DNA from: Stylophora pistillata
Taxonomy: Eukaryota
Length of the DNA: 64,000 nt
NCBI RefSeq assembly: GCF_002571385.2
Contig: NW_019217794.1
Coordinates: 1,314,116-1,378,115 of the forward strand
Direction: 5' to 3'
Shown: piece by piece, positions 13,304 through 25,499 of the stretch
How the letters are laid out: every line of letters begins with the position of its first letter
Position numbering within the stretch: position 1 is the stretch's first letter
The notes under the pieces: generated by a model
What the model was told of the DNA's origin: nothing
The model's database searches: none
What the model saw: only the letters and a program-made list of their open reading frames with translations
Position numbers and translations under genes: made by a program

Positions 13304-15692
13304 ATGATGAAGTCTTTCCTCCTCGCCTTGACGGTAAGCTACAAAAAGTTAATCGCACTTTGGAAGAAAAAAAAGTCTTGACTCTTACTAGGGCGGCACA
13401 GTACATTGTACACACAAAAGCGTACCTTTTCTTCAAACGCCATGCTAGATTTTACCCGATACCTAACAACAATTTAATGAAAACTGTTGAATTTTTGTAG
13501 GCAGTGATAACACTCACATGGACCGTAGAATCGGCGCCATATCCTAATTTGATGGATACAGAAATAAACTATTTCCTTAGACACCAGGAACAAGGTATGA
13601 AATCACAGATGGAATTAAACCAATGTAATAACACAAGGTTCCTCGAGGTTATGTTTTCCTATGTATTAGGTCATTGGAATCTTTAACACGCAACATCTTG
13701 TCAACATATCTCCCTTCAAATTGTTTTATTTCAAATCAAGATAACCTAGTTGTCTCCTTGTTAACTCTACCTATTTTTTTTTTGACTGCTTGTCGGCTTA
13801 TGTTTTGAAATTGGGTTGCATATGAATCATGTCTGAGTGTTATTGTAATTTGGCAGTGACAGCCCACAGTTTTGAGCAAAGGAATTTTTTGATCAAAATA
13901 AAACCGAAAACATAGTTAATGTCAGAAGAGGTAGCGAAAGTTTGTGAAGTTTTTAAGTTTCTTCTTCCCGGAGTACCCTTCTTTTTGCATTCTAAAATTC
14001 ACTCCTTTATTGAACTCGTTTTCCAGCTCCCGTGGCTCCCGCTGGTTTGAGATGTTACATATGCTCCGCGAATTGTTCCACGACTCAGACTCCAGGTAAC
14101 GGCTGCAGATCCGGCCGTAGCTGTTACACCATGCAGGCTTTTGATACCGCCCTAAACACCTCTGTGGTAAGAAAGGGATGCATTCCACAATTCTTCTGCG
14201 CTCAGAATCGGGCATGCACGTTTTTGAACCAAACTCGAAATGGTGCATTGGGATCGTGTTCCATCAATTGCTGCAGTACTCCATTATGTAATGGTCCACC
14301 TCTTCCGACGACTCAACCCATAACAACCACAGCACCACCAACCACGACCGTGCCTCCAACTACGACCACTGCACCTCCAACGACAGTTCCGACAACTGTG
14401 CCGACCACAGCACCAACTACAGCCCCAATTATACCCGGTAATTAAGAAGCTAACCACATCGGTTGAGACGATTTATTTTTTTTCTGATAACTCAGTAATT
14501 TTGGTAGAGAATTTTTCGGCGGTCACATTAGCTTGATACTAGTAACGTTCCAAGTTGTAAAGAGAGAGGGTGAATTTTTTTGCCGAAATAGCAGAGGTAT
14601 TAAAAATTTTCAGAGAAATATTGGTAGGAGTTCGATAATATGGGTACAATATAACAATCATAACGGTCAAAAACGTCACACAAATCGAATTGGTTCTCTC
14701 TGAGTGCATGATAAACAAACTGTCATTTATATATTTTCTTATATTGCAGGACAATATTTCCAAGACGTTGAAGATTCTATATTTTTGTTTTTCAGGGGTA
14801 TGCGGTGGTCCACTTACTCCTCCATCTGGACAGTTTTCATCGCCATTTTTTCCACTCAGTTATCCAAACAATGCTCACTGCGTTTGGACTATTATGGTTC
14901 CACGCGGGTCTGTTTTAAAGATTGATTTTCTCGCATTCGACACTGAAGAATGGTGGGTGAATAAATGTTACTTGTTCCCTTGCTTGATACGCAATGTATT
15001 TCGCCCTTATGATCTATCATCGTTGGAATTTTTTTGTGTACCAACTGAACATATCCCAAATTCTTCACGGCTATGGCTTAAATGGATAGAAGCACAGAAT
15101 TCGCGCGAAGGAATACAAGAATTTCAAGATTTAGTAGTTCATGGCGTAGAATTTATATACTTAAGCTGTTAAATTCGCTGGCAACAACCTTAAAAATGTT
15201 GGCGATTGAGTTTGGAATCCCCCAGAAATAATTAAGGGTCCATTCATTATTGATCATTGGTGGGAAGAAGTTAAAGGGGAATCACATGGTTTTTAATGGG
15301 GAATGGAAGGGGAAACCAGTCGTCGTCAACAATGTTTAAAGGGGGGACTTCAGAAAAGTGACTGCAAATTAACTGCCAATGTCGGGGATCATGTAAATTC
15401 ATCGAGACCTCAACCAAATTTCGATCCCCGTCCCCTTGGGCGATAATTGATACCGGTCCCTTGGTGAACAGAGATAACTGAGTGTCTTTGGAGCTCTAAA
15501 ACCATGTTTATTATCCAACTGTGCTTCGTAGAGTTTAAATAACGTCCAAAACGAGTACAAATATCTCCCAGTATTTGTACTCCAGAGAATCGTAAATAGA
15601 TATCCGCGAAATGTTCCCGCACTGAAAGAAAAATTTGGCGTGTTGGATAATAAAGTCTTAAAGGTTTTTTTGTTTGTATTTTGCCTTACGGA

Positions 15693-15728
<36 letters not shown>

Positions 15729-18700
15729 GAAATACTACACAACAAAAAGTTTAATAAGATATATGTATTTCCTGGTTTCTAAAAAGACCAGTTCAAACAG
15801 TTGCATCACGTACATTATATAGTCTATTTTTTGCTTCTTTTTTACAGCTTTGATTCCCTTCATATATATGTGGGAAGAAGGTTGGTTAGACGTCTCTCTG
15901 GGGATGATGCTGACGATGACGACGATGATAAATTTGAAAAATGTGACAAGGATGACAAGGATGATGGTGATGATGGGGAAGGTATCTTTGGCTGGTACTT
16001 CAACCGAGATGAAGACATGGATGATAATTCTGTCACTATTCAAGGAACAGGAGAGATGATAAGACTCGTTTTTGTGTCCGACTACAGTATTACCAAGAGA
16101 GGATTCTTTGCTAGATATAATGTATTGAGAGGTAAGTTGATGTGGTGTAAATAAAGTAAAAACCTTGTAGATATGTTGTGCGTTAATAGTGCGCATCGAC
16201 CGATATTTGAGGAAATTAACGTCGAATTCTGGGATACAGATAACACAGATAAAAAACATTTTGAGGAGCTCTCCTTAACGAGCAGTTATTGATTAGCACC
16301 AACTGAGGAGTTGGGTACGATATTGTACGGTTCATTATGCTTCGCAGTTTTGACTTGAGCGATATTTCACATCAGACAGATACAACTTAAATATTGTGTC
16401 ATGTTTAGCCGGAAAGTAAAAGTACTCCTCTATGTTTTTATCGAATTATATTGGGATCATGATCCTTTCGGTTCAACTAAGATCTGATATGGAAAGGCCA
16501 TCTGTATTGTTTGATCGAATTGTGTACCTGCCGTAAATAAATATACTGTCAGACGAGAATTGAACATGTCCATGATCAACACATGCCATTGACTGAAACG
16601 CAAGCGCTATAACATCATGTCTTTATGAAATACAAAATAAATTTTAAACCTGTCTCGAAACTCTCTGTTTGAACCCAAGTTCGATATCTGTTATCATTTA
16701 TAACTATCAGCGTGGCTACTGATTGCTGATCATTTCGAAAAACTTAAAAATGTCGTATTTTCTTTCGCACTAGCACTTTGTGGGGGCCCACTGGCGTTGC
16801 CATCCGGAACCTTCAGATCCCCAGGTTATCCTGGCAAGTACCCGGATGACGTCAAGTGCATCTGGACAATCAGAGTTCCACCAGGATCTACACTAGAATT
16901 GGATTTTCGCTTCTTTCAAACTGAAAAATGGTAAAGAATATTGCACTAGCCTTTTCAGAGTGCTTTCCGGTTTAATGTCGTGGGACCGAGAAAGAAAAAA
17001 AAGGAAAATATCCCAAAAAAACATTTAACAAGGTGCCAGTGAGTCATTATAAAGCCGCCGCCCAGTGAGTCATTATAAAACCGCCGCCCATTAGCCTAAT
17101 GGATAGTGCGCTGGACTGCTGTGCGGGGGGTCGAGGGTTCGAGCCCCGGCCGGACCAACACTCAAGGTCTTAAAATAATTGAGAAGAATTTGCTACCTTT
17201 CTATTACATCTGAAAATGGTTAGATATTCTAGTCTTCTCGGATAGGGACGAATAAATGGAGGTCCCGTCTCCTGCAGGGTTAGGGGTAGGAGACGTTAAT
17301 TTCCCACGCACGAGATTACTGTGTGATGGATGTCCTCCCCGGGGTGGGATGGTGGGTACAAAGGCGTTAGGTGTCAATTGGGACGAAAGTCCTGTTCCTT
17401 TCCCCTGCCACTCCCGTGGCGAATGGATTAAACCTAAACCTAAACCTGTACGCAAGAACGGTAAACGCGAGGAACAAAAACAGGTTTGGTTTTAGTTTTG
17501 CATTTGATATTTTGAGAGAATGGCGCCAGTTAATTGAATGAACCACAAAGCGAAGTTCATATAGCCGCACAATCTTGGAGTATTATGAATTTCAATTGAA
17601 AACTAGCAAGTTGACTGTTAGCGATAACTGGCTNNNNNNNNNNNNNNNNNNNNNNNNNNNNNNNNNNNNNNNNNNNNNNNNNNNNNNNNNNNNNNNNNNN
17701 NNNNNNNNNNNNNNNNNNNNNNNNNNNNNNNNNNNNNNNNNNNNNNNNNNNNNNNNNNNNNNNNNNNNNNNNNNNNNNNNNNNNNNNNNNNNNNNNNNNN
17801 NNNNNNNNNNNNNNNNNNNNNNNNNNNNNNNNNNNNNNNNNNNNNNNNNNNNNNNNNNNNNNNNNNNNNNNNNNNNNNNNNNNNNNNNNNNNNNNNNNNN
17901 NNNNNNNNNNNNNNNNNNNNNNNNNNNNNNNNNNNNNNNNNNNNNNNNNNNNNNNNNNNNNNNNNNNNNNNNNNNNNNNNNNNNNNNNNNNNNNNNNNNN
18001 NNNNNNNNNNNNNNNNNNNNNNNNNNNNNNNNNNNNNNNNNNNNNNNNNNNNNNNNNNNNNNNNNNNNNNNNNNNNNNNNNNNNNNNNNNNNNNNNNNNN
18101 NNNNNNNNNNNNNNNNNNNNNNNNNNNNNNNNNNNNNNNNNNNNNNNNNNNNNNNNNNNNNNNNNNNNNNNNNNNNNNNNNNNNNNNNNNNNNNNNNNNN
18201 NNNNNNNNNNNNNNNNNNNNNNNNNNNNNNNNNNNNNNNNNNNNNNNNNNNNNNNNNNNNNNNNNNNNNNNNNNNNNNNNNNNNNNNNNNNNNNNNNNNN
18301 NNNNNNNNNNNNNNNNNNNNNNAAATTCACAGTGATGATTACCTCAAAATTTTGCAAGGGGGTCGTAAAGTACGAACACTAAGCGGTGTTTACAGATACA
18401 GCTTGTTTGGATGGGGGAATGATGATGACGACGATTGCGATGGTGATGACCTGGATGGTGATGGTGACAAGGATGGCGAAGATGGCGAATGGGGGGAAGA
18501 TGATGAATATGACAGTGAAGAAAGTCCCAGAAAAAGGTTCTACCCATCGGTACACAGGTTTCCCTCTCCAGCAGGGAATCGTTTTGGTTTTCCAACGAGA
18601 GCCCCGATTGGCGCCCCATATGTTACGGGAGTCCTTATTCCAGGAACGGGAGAGCTGGTATCGATTATTTTCAAAGCTGATGACGACGATGTCACTGAAA

Positions 18701-19267
18701 AGGGTTTTCAAGCAGTCTACCGTGTTAGACCAGGTGTGTTGATGATCATCAGGTTTTTTACTTGGAAATGACTTATTCTGTTTGTACATATGACGCTAGT
18801 TGAGCGACATTGCTAATCAAAGACGCTTGTCATTGAGTTCTCTGTTGTGTAGTGATAGAGTATGGGTGAAGTTCATCCTTTCGGAGACGAACTAAGATTC
18901 TATCCTACCTTCCATGTTACTCCACCAAAATTAAAAATTTCGTGCAATTTGGATGAATTATTAATTTTACATTTGATTTCATCTTTCATAAATTGGACTT
19001 TATTATTCCTTTCCTTTCTTTGATCCTTTAAAAGTTATCTGCAGTAAGTAATAATTCAAGTTCGACTTCCTTCATTTAATTGAAGATGTTAGACAAGACA
19101 TGAATATTCTTCGTTGTGCAGTTTCCTATTTGAGAAACCCACCAACCAGAGAACGATTTCTTGGAGCATAAAAGTCTATAAAATTTATTTAAATTTGAAA
19201 ATATTAATTGCATAAATTAAATTTTATCTGTTCTTTATCTGTTACAGGGGCAGCATTTCATGGATGA
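13304..19267 (+). CDS. Gene B: secreted Ly6/uPAR domain, Thr/Pro stalk and two Asp-loop CUB domains
   Basis: Exons 13304-13333, 13501-13594, 14027-14437, 14796-14952, 15848-16131, 16774-16930, 18333-18733 and 19248-19267 join in frame. Signal-like MMKSFLLALTAVITLTWTVES; three-finger pattern LRCYIC...CCSTPLCN; ends GAAFHG-stop. Confidence 0.88.
17081..17447 (+). mobile_element. tRNA-derived SINE with (TAAACC)n tail
   Basis: A/B boxes; body shared with the copies at 29548, 52176, 54505 and 55639. Empty site at ~38185-38210. Confidence 0.85.
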
Positions 19268-20147
19268 TCCGATCAAATAGAGTAAACAGAATTTGAATGC
19301 TGCTTGTCTGGACACGACTCTATAAATTCCTTTTCGTTTTTCTAAGTTGTTTTAATTATTCGTATTTTTGCTGAATTTTCCTTGAAATAAGGTACTAGGA
19401 CTCATTTAATTTTTTCACTTGCAGGGAAAAGACTACATTAAGATTGAGACCGCTTCATGTACATCATATTACCTAGATCTACTTCCATGTATTTCTTGCC
19501 AATTAAAAGTTGTACAGTTGTTTAGTCTGTCACCTTGAGATCTTTGAGAACGTCGATATCAAGTATTATGTGAAAATGATACCATTTAAAGCGAAGTTGG
19601 GGATGAAAATACATTCCCCTTAAACAAAGAATCTCACTTTGCAAATTAAGGATTAAAACAATTGGACTTTACAGAGAAAATGTCAGTTTTGTACTTTTAT
19701 TCACGGATTAAAGCGCATCAGTATCCCCTTTCAATACTAAACAATATAGAACTATCACCATCGGCCGTTTTCCATTGTGGGTTCATATGACTGCATACCT
19801 AGAACAGACTACACAATTTTAATTTTAAATCAAATCCCAACACGCGTTGAATCACTAAATATCTGAATATTTTTATATTCAGTCGGTATTCTGTCGAGGC
19901 ATAAAAGTATTTGCTTAAATTAAGGATAGTCCACCTATGCGCAGTGGTGGTGAACGAATTTCATCCAGTTGAGGTTGTCTGTAAACTAAACCGTAACAAT
20001 TAACGCGACCCTTTCTCCGGTCAATATAACATTAAGTGATCAAGCAATCTCTGTTCCTATGAAGAGCTTTATCGCTTGCGGAAGCTGGAGCTTGCTGTTA
20101 ATTTGAAGAAACCCAGAAAGTTTGAAAAGGAACCTAATTAAATTGTT

Positions 20148-20174
20148 CTGAAGAACATCCTGCTTGTCCTAATG
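20148..20174 (+). pseudogene. Orphan copy of gene C exon 1 with ATG>CTG
   Basis: CTG AAG AAC ATC CTG CTT GTC CTA ATG|gtaagg versus ATG AAG AGC ATT CTA CTT GCC CTA ATG|gtaagg at 36229-36203; no downstream exons in this arm. Confidence 0.72.
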
Positions 20175-21544
20175 GTAAGGTTCTTATCGCTTGGGACGCG
20201 CTAAAAAAAAGGATTTTGATTTTTTTATTCTTTTCTGCTTTTCTATGTATACTTGAGCTTGTCAGTACGTATAATATTCATTCTTATCTGGGTGAAATGG
20301 TTTTTAACCTAGGACATATAATTGCAGTCGAGAAACGAAATAGGGCTAAACACCACATTTACTTTTTTTTCTCATGGTTTTCACTCTTCCCTTATTTTCT
20401 ACTTCCTTAATTTAGAGTTATGAGTTGGAAAAAAATGCCATGACATCTCGAATCGTAAATGCATAATTGGAAGCAAATTGACTATATTCGGGTTGCGATT
20501 TCAATCAGTTCATTTGTTCATTGTTGTGTTATGGATAAAACGAAGTTAAAAACTGAAAATAACCAATAACCCCATTATACACGTTTGCACGCCCAGTCCG
20601 TACATCTTTTTAATATATATGGCTTCTGTCGCTACTCCTAAATGTCGCCTAACTTGTGACATCGAAAACATGACGGTTCCAAATGGAGGAACGGTTACTA
20701 AGTACCACGAGTAGTCACCACGCAAATTCTCTCCTAGAGATTTTATGGCTTTTTAACATACATGAAATGATATTTACAGTGAGTAGTTTGAGCCGAGGAG
20801 CAACTTTTGACCATGTAGTCCCAGGCGTGCATTTATAAAGAAAACGTACTGATGATATGACCTACGCATGAGTAGCCTATTGGTTATTCTTTAAGAGAGC
20901 GGGTCTTAGAAGTGCTAAGATTCCTGTTTGTCATTCTTAAGTTTTACGTTGTTTGTCACGAAAGGAGTGTTTCGTTTTATGTCATATCAATATTATTGTT
21001 TTTTTTGTGCGTAAAAAGGGCATTTTGTTAAAAATTTTTGTCACTTTGGCATGATTACGCAAAAAATTGACTGTCTACAGTAGTATTCCGCGAGTACATT
21101 GCATGTAAATGACAGGTTTGTTACCACGGAGGGACAATATCAACTCGCAAGGTGCTTAAAGAGTTAGGTCTGCACCCTCCCTGAGTACTGTTTTCACCAG
21201 CTGTCTTCTTTTCGCTTTCACCATTCTCGTTTGTTCGATAGCATTGAAATAAATATAGTCTTTCTTCTAATTTGTTTTCCTCTGTGTAGTAGCGAACTTG
21301 CTTAACTGATGTGCAACGAACGTGTGGCAAACTTCGACCATAGCCGACTCTTTATGTAACGAAACTGGCTTAAATTCATTATACTGCCCTTTTTACGCTG
21401 ATGAAACCGACTTCGAATTGAATGATTCACTAGCTTTACTATTCTACACATTCAGACAGTATCAGTCTACTGAAAAATTCGCCGAGCGGCGCAATGTTGC
21501 CTCACCGATCTAACGTTTAGCGGTGGCGATATCTTTCCGCCGCA

Positions 21545-21643
21545 AACGATATATCGCTAAGCTGCAACGATATTTCGCTTAGTATAAACGAGATATCGTT
21601 AGGCGACAGCAATGTATCGCTGAGCTAAAACGATATATCGCTG
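21545..21643. repeat. About five ~21-bp units with palindromic CGATATATCG core
   Basis: AACGATATATCGCT-like motif recurs at ~21-bp spacing. Confidence 0.7.
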
Positions 21644-22868
21644 TAACAAAATTAAAATAAAGAAAAAAAGAAAACAGCAATACTATTGTTTGTTTTCATC
21701 ATGAGGGCGAAACAAGAGAAACGAAACAAAATCACTCAGCCTCTGTAACGTTTTCATAGTATTGTTTACCAGAAGTTGCGTTAGCGGAAGTTCTCGGACA
21801 TTGTAAACATGCAAAGGATCATGGATAGTTGTGTGGACCATGCTTTCCGGGTGTCAAGACGGCTAAATAAAGTATAGTTTCTTTTTATAGTTAAATCTGG
21901 TTTATTACACGGCCATCCGGGCGGCATCGTTATAGCCTCGTTTTCAACTCGCAATTCCACGCTAAATACCTCGCTTCGTTAACTAATCAGAATGCGAGAT
22001 TTTACTCAGTTATGCAATTCTAACTGTAATTAGGGACAGGGAATGCGACGCGATTGTGAATATGCCTCCAGATATGAAATGAATCCTACTGGTTAATGGT
22101 TCATAATATAAAACGGGTATATTATGCCATGAAACAACTAATACAGCAAAGGGGAGGGCTAATTATCTAGCTTTGGTCAAGTTCACTAATATTGTTAAAA
22201 CTTAGCCAAGAACCCATCTGCGCCCCTTAAAAAGCTAGCGCTTGAAAACTTAATTTCCTCATTTGTTTCTCACAAATATTCGAATAACTTGACCACCGAA
22301 AACGGAACGTTTTAAGAAGGCCTCTTACGAATGTATCAATTTGTACTGAGCTGAATCAGTAACCAACATCAAGGAGTAACATCTACAGCTGATTATGAGG
22401 CAACTTTCTCACGGTCTTGGATTTTAGACATTAACTGCATGTAATAACCTCTATGTCTTAAATTTGTTAGTCGCATTTATGTTCTGTTTCGGTTAATATT
22501 GATTTTAGGCTCTTTGTCATTTTTTTCACGCAAACTAAATAGATATAGTGCAAATAGATTTAATTCATTTGGGAAAACATTTCAACTTATATTAAGACAT
22601 TTTGCAAGAAAAAAGAGATCTGTTTTTACTGATCTATCGATGGCAATGACTTTCTTAAAGTTTTGTAAAATGGAAATGAAAATCTCACAAGTAACTTTAT
22701 TTAAAGTGCGTAAATTGTATTAAAATTTTGTTAAATCTATTAGTCTAAAGTGATTATTTATTTAAGTTTTAGAACGTTTTTGTACTAGTTTTTATATACA
22801 AACATCAGAGTTCAGTTGCTCCACGCTAACTAATGATCATCATGCGCGCAAGCCTCCATTTAATTACA

Positions 22869-23912
22869 TCAGTTACCACATAAGATATACCTAACTGTCT
22901 CAGTATATTTTCCGTTGAATATCCTCCACGACGGGTAATACACATCGGTAACAAACGCCAAGGGAATAATAATACGCTGCAATAGAAACCCTGCCTTGTT
23001 TGCCAAACAACCTTTGCAAGCGATGGTCACGCATTTACTGTTTACCACGGAAGAATTGAAATCGCTAGTGGTATATAGTTCTTGGCGAGCTTTTGTAAAT
23101 GTTTTTTAGCAGTCGATACGTTTCTTGCTCTTTCGAAAACAGCTTTTTCTCGTATTTGGTTTAACTGATTTGATTTAGCTGGGGCTGTTCTGATGCTGTT
23201 TGCTCTGTTCTTAAGTTTTCGGTAGGTTAGCCAGCTCACCAAGATAAACAGCAACCACGAACAAGCGCAACATACATTGAGATAGACGATGTAGTAAATC
23301 TTTTCGTCGATTCCTGAGAAAGACAAACACGTGACAGGAGGAGAAATGGGACACATAGTAGAGTGGTCACAAAAGGTCGCTTGATTGGTAGCTTTTACTC
23401 GATGAAATCGAGGGTGCACGTTCGACTGGTGCCTCTCAATGTTGATACCTAACTGGATTGCTAACTTAGAAGCAATCAAAGAATCTGTTAACAGAGAAAC
23501 GCAGCTAGGAAAATCAAAGGAATCTGACTGGTACTTCACACCTTGAAAAATCTCAGTGACGCCAACAGACGGAAGAAGAACTGTACCGACCAAAAAGGAA
23601 AGCTCGAGACCAGTATCTTCGATGCTATGGAACGGCTTTCGAATTACATTTAAAGGATTCTTCACAACTGCAATGATCATGATTAAACTTCCCACGGATG
23701 CCACTGAGGCCAAAACAAAACAAGTGAGATCGTGCCATTAAAAAGCAAAACCGTGGCATGGAATCCCATGGCGAAGTGTTTTTGTTTGACTTTGAGAGGC
23801 CGGATGCGATGTTCATTACCAAAATAGCATCTGCTATAAGTTATGACAGTTTCAAAACGCAGTATTTGATGAAAATATGAATACATTATATATATTTGAA
23901 TAACACATCCAT
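22869..23912 (-). pseudogene. Intronless rhodopsin-like GPCR pseudogene
   Basis: Serial hydrophobic segments, INIERH at the DRY position, LTYRKLKNR and ILPW; frameshift near 23715 and disruption near 23042. Confidence 0.65.
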
Positions 23913-25499
23913 TGCAAAGGTCTTTACCTTGGTTTTAGTTGGGAGGCTCACAGTTAATCCAATGAAAAATTACTTGGATAATAAAATTCAATTGTCTGTA
24001 TCCTTGGAGCTTCGGTAAATTAAAATAACCGTTGAGGTCACTTTACCATTTTCTGGGTGAATACTGAATGTTTATATATTAAGAGTAAATAAGTCAATCT
24101 GTAAAGCATAAGAAAGATATTCCATCCACTCCAACTCTGTATAGAATAGTGACTTAAATTGACCGAAATCCGTTCGTGAGATTATAACTTTGCGTATCGA
24201 CTCCATCGCAGTTCAGTAGGTTCTATAAGAAAGTACAACTTGTGCTATAAATCGCCCCAAGAGCCCATCCATTTTGAGTCTCCAAATTAACTACATCACA
24301 GCGTTTCATAATACACATTTGGCAGCTGCGACAGCCGTTTGAATAGTGCCTGTGAGCCTGCCATACTGGTTTAAAGTTAAAAATAGATAGCAAAGAAAAC
24401 AAACTTTGTTAGCTTACAGGGCCGTGCGTGCGTTTGCGGTTTCATTTGTTTTAGGATATATACTATGAAGTTTGTTATCTGATCCTGAGGAAGGATTTCA
24501 CCATCAGTAATTCTTTTAACTGTTATGACTTATTCAGTAATGGTGTTACCATAACAATTAGTGAAAACTAAAATATCAGACAAGTCAGCCTTCAGTGACA
24601 GCCATTTTTTTTTTTTTTCAATTGTAATAATATACACCCTAAATGACGGTCTATTTTATCAACAATTAGTTGTAAACTCTTTGGAATAAGTTACTGAATT
24701 TTATCGCAAACCATTCTGGAATAAGTCTTTCCATAAATGCACAGACATAATATTAGACTTCATTTTACACTTATCTAGATCTCCTCTATTTTTTCTTATG
24801 GTGAATGCTATTATGTTGCTATTCTAGTGAAAATCATGCAAGCCAGTCTCTCATCTAAGATCTATTTTCTATTGAGTGTTCATGAGGAGCCTCTTACTAG
24901 TCACGCAACTATGAAGAAGATAAAGAAGCTAACTAAATTAAATTCAAAAATAAATGTTTCAAGGGCCCTCTCTTGACGATTAAAAAAAAAATTACATGTT
25001 CTTTTAAAAGTAGAATTAATGGATTATTTAATAATTGTAACGAGCCAATCTCTTTCACGGAATTGATGAAAAAAATTCTCTCCCACCATCAGTTTTGACA
25101 CAATATTTAAATTGAAATTTTCCCTGGTTTGCTCTCTGGCTGTCAATTCATAAATCAAGTAGAGGCCATTGAATTAGAGCAGACAAATGCCCTCCTTTTT
25201 AAATGGATTTGCGCTACTAATGTTGACAATTGAGCCTGTTTGGGTTTTTTGAAAACTAAAAACGCCAAAAATTTATATTTTCAGTTTCTAACTTATATTA
25301 CAGAGAAATGAAGCTGATGCTCTTTGGTTGGCATCTTTATTACTAATATTAATAAGAATCTCGCTAAGGAAAAAGAAATAAATACCGAAAAAAGGGATCA
25401 TCAAGAAAGAAAGAACAGAAATCTCCAAGGAAGGAAGTGTAAAATATAACCATAATAAGTACTGGAACGAGTTTTTTAAATATTTCTGTGCAAGTTTAT

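Larger units (their letters stand above)
250..20820. repeat. Left arm of large inverted segmental duplication (mirror of ~33765-59210)
   Basis: Colinear reverse-complement matches throughout: 330-430 vs 58998-59110, 4058-4389 vs 54095-54414, 10181-10319 vs 46346-46484, 14027-14437 vs 40994-41383, 20700-20820 vs 33765-33883. Confidence 0.93.

Noticed and set aside
21545-21643. CRISPR-like repeat array
   Set aside because: Eukaryotic context, spacers far too short, no cas genes.
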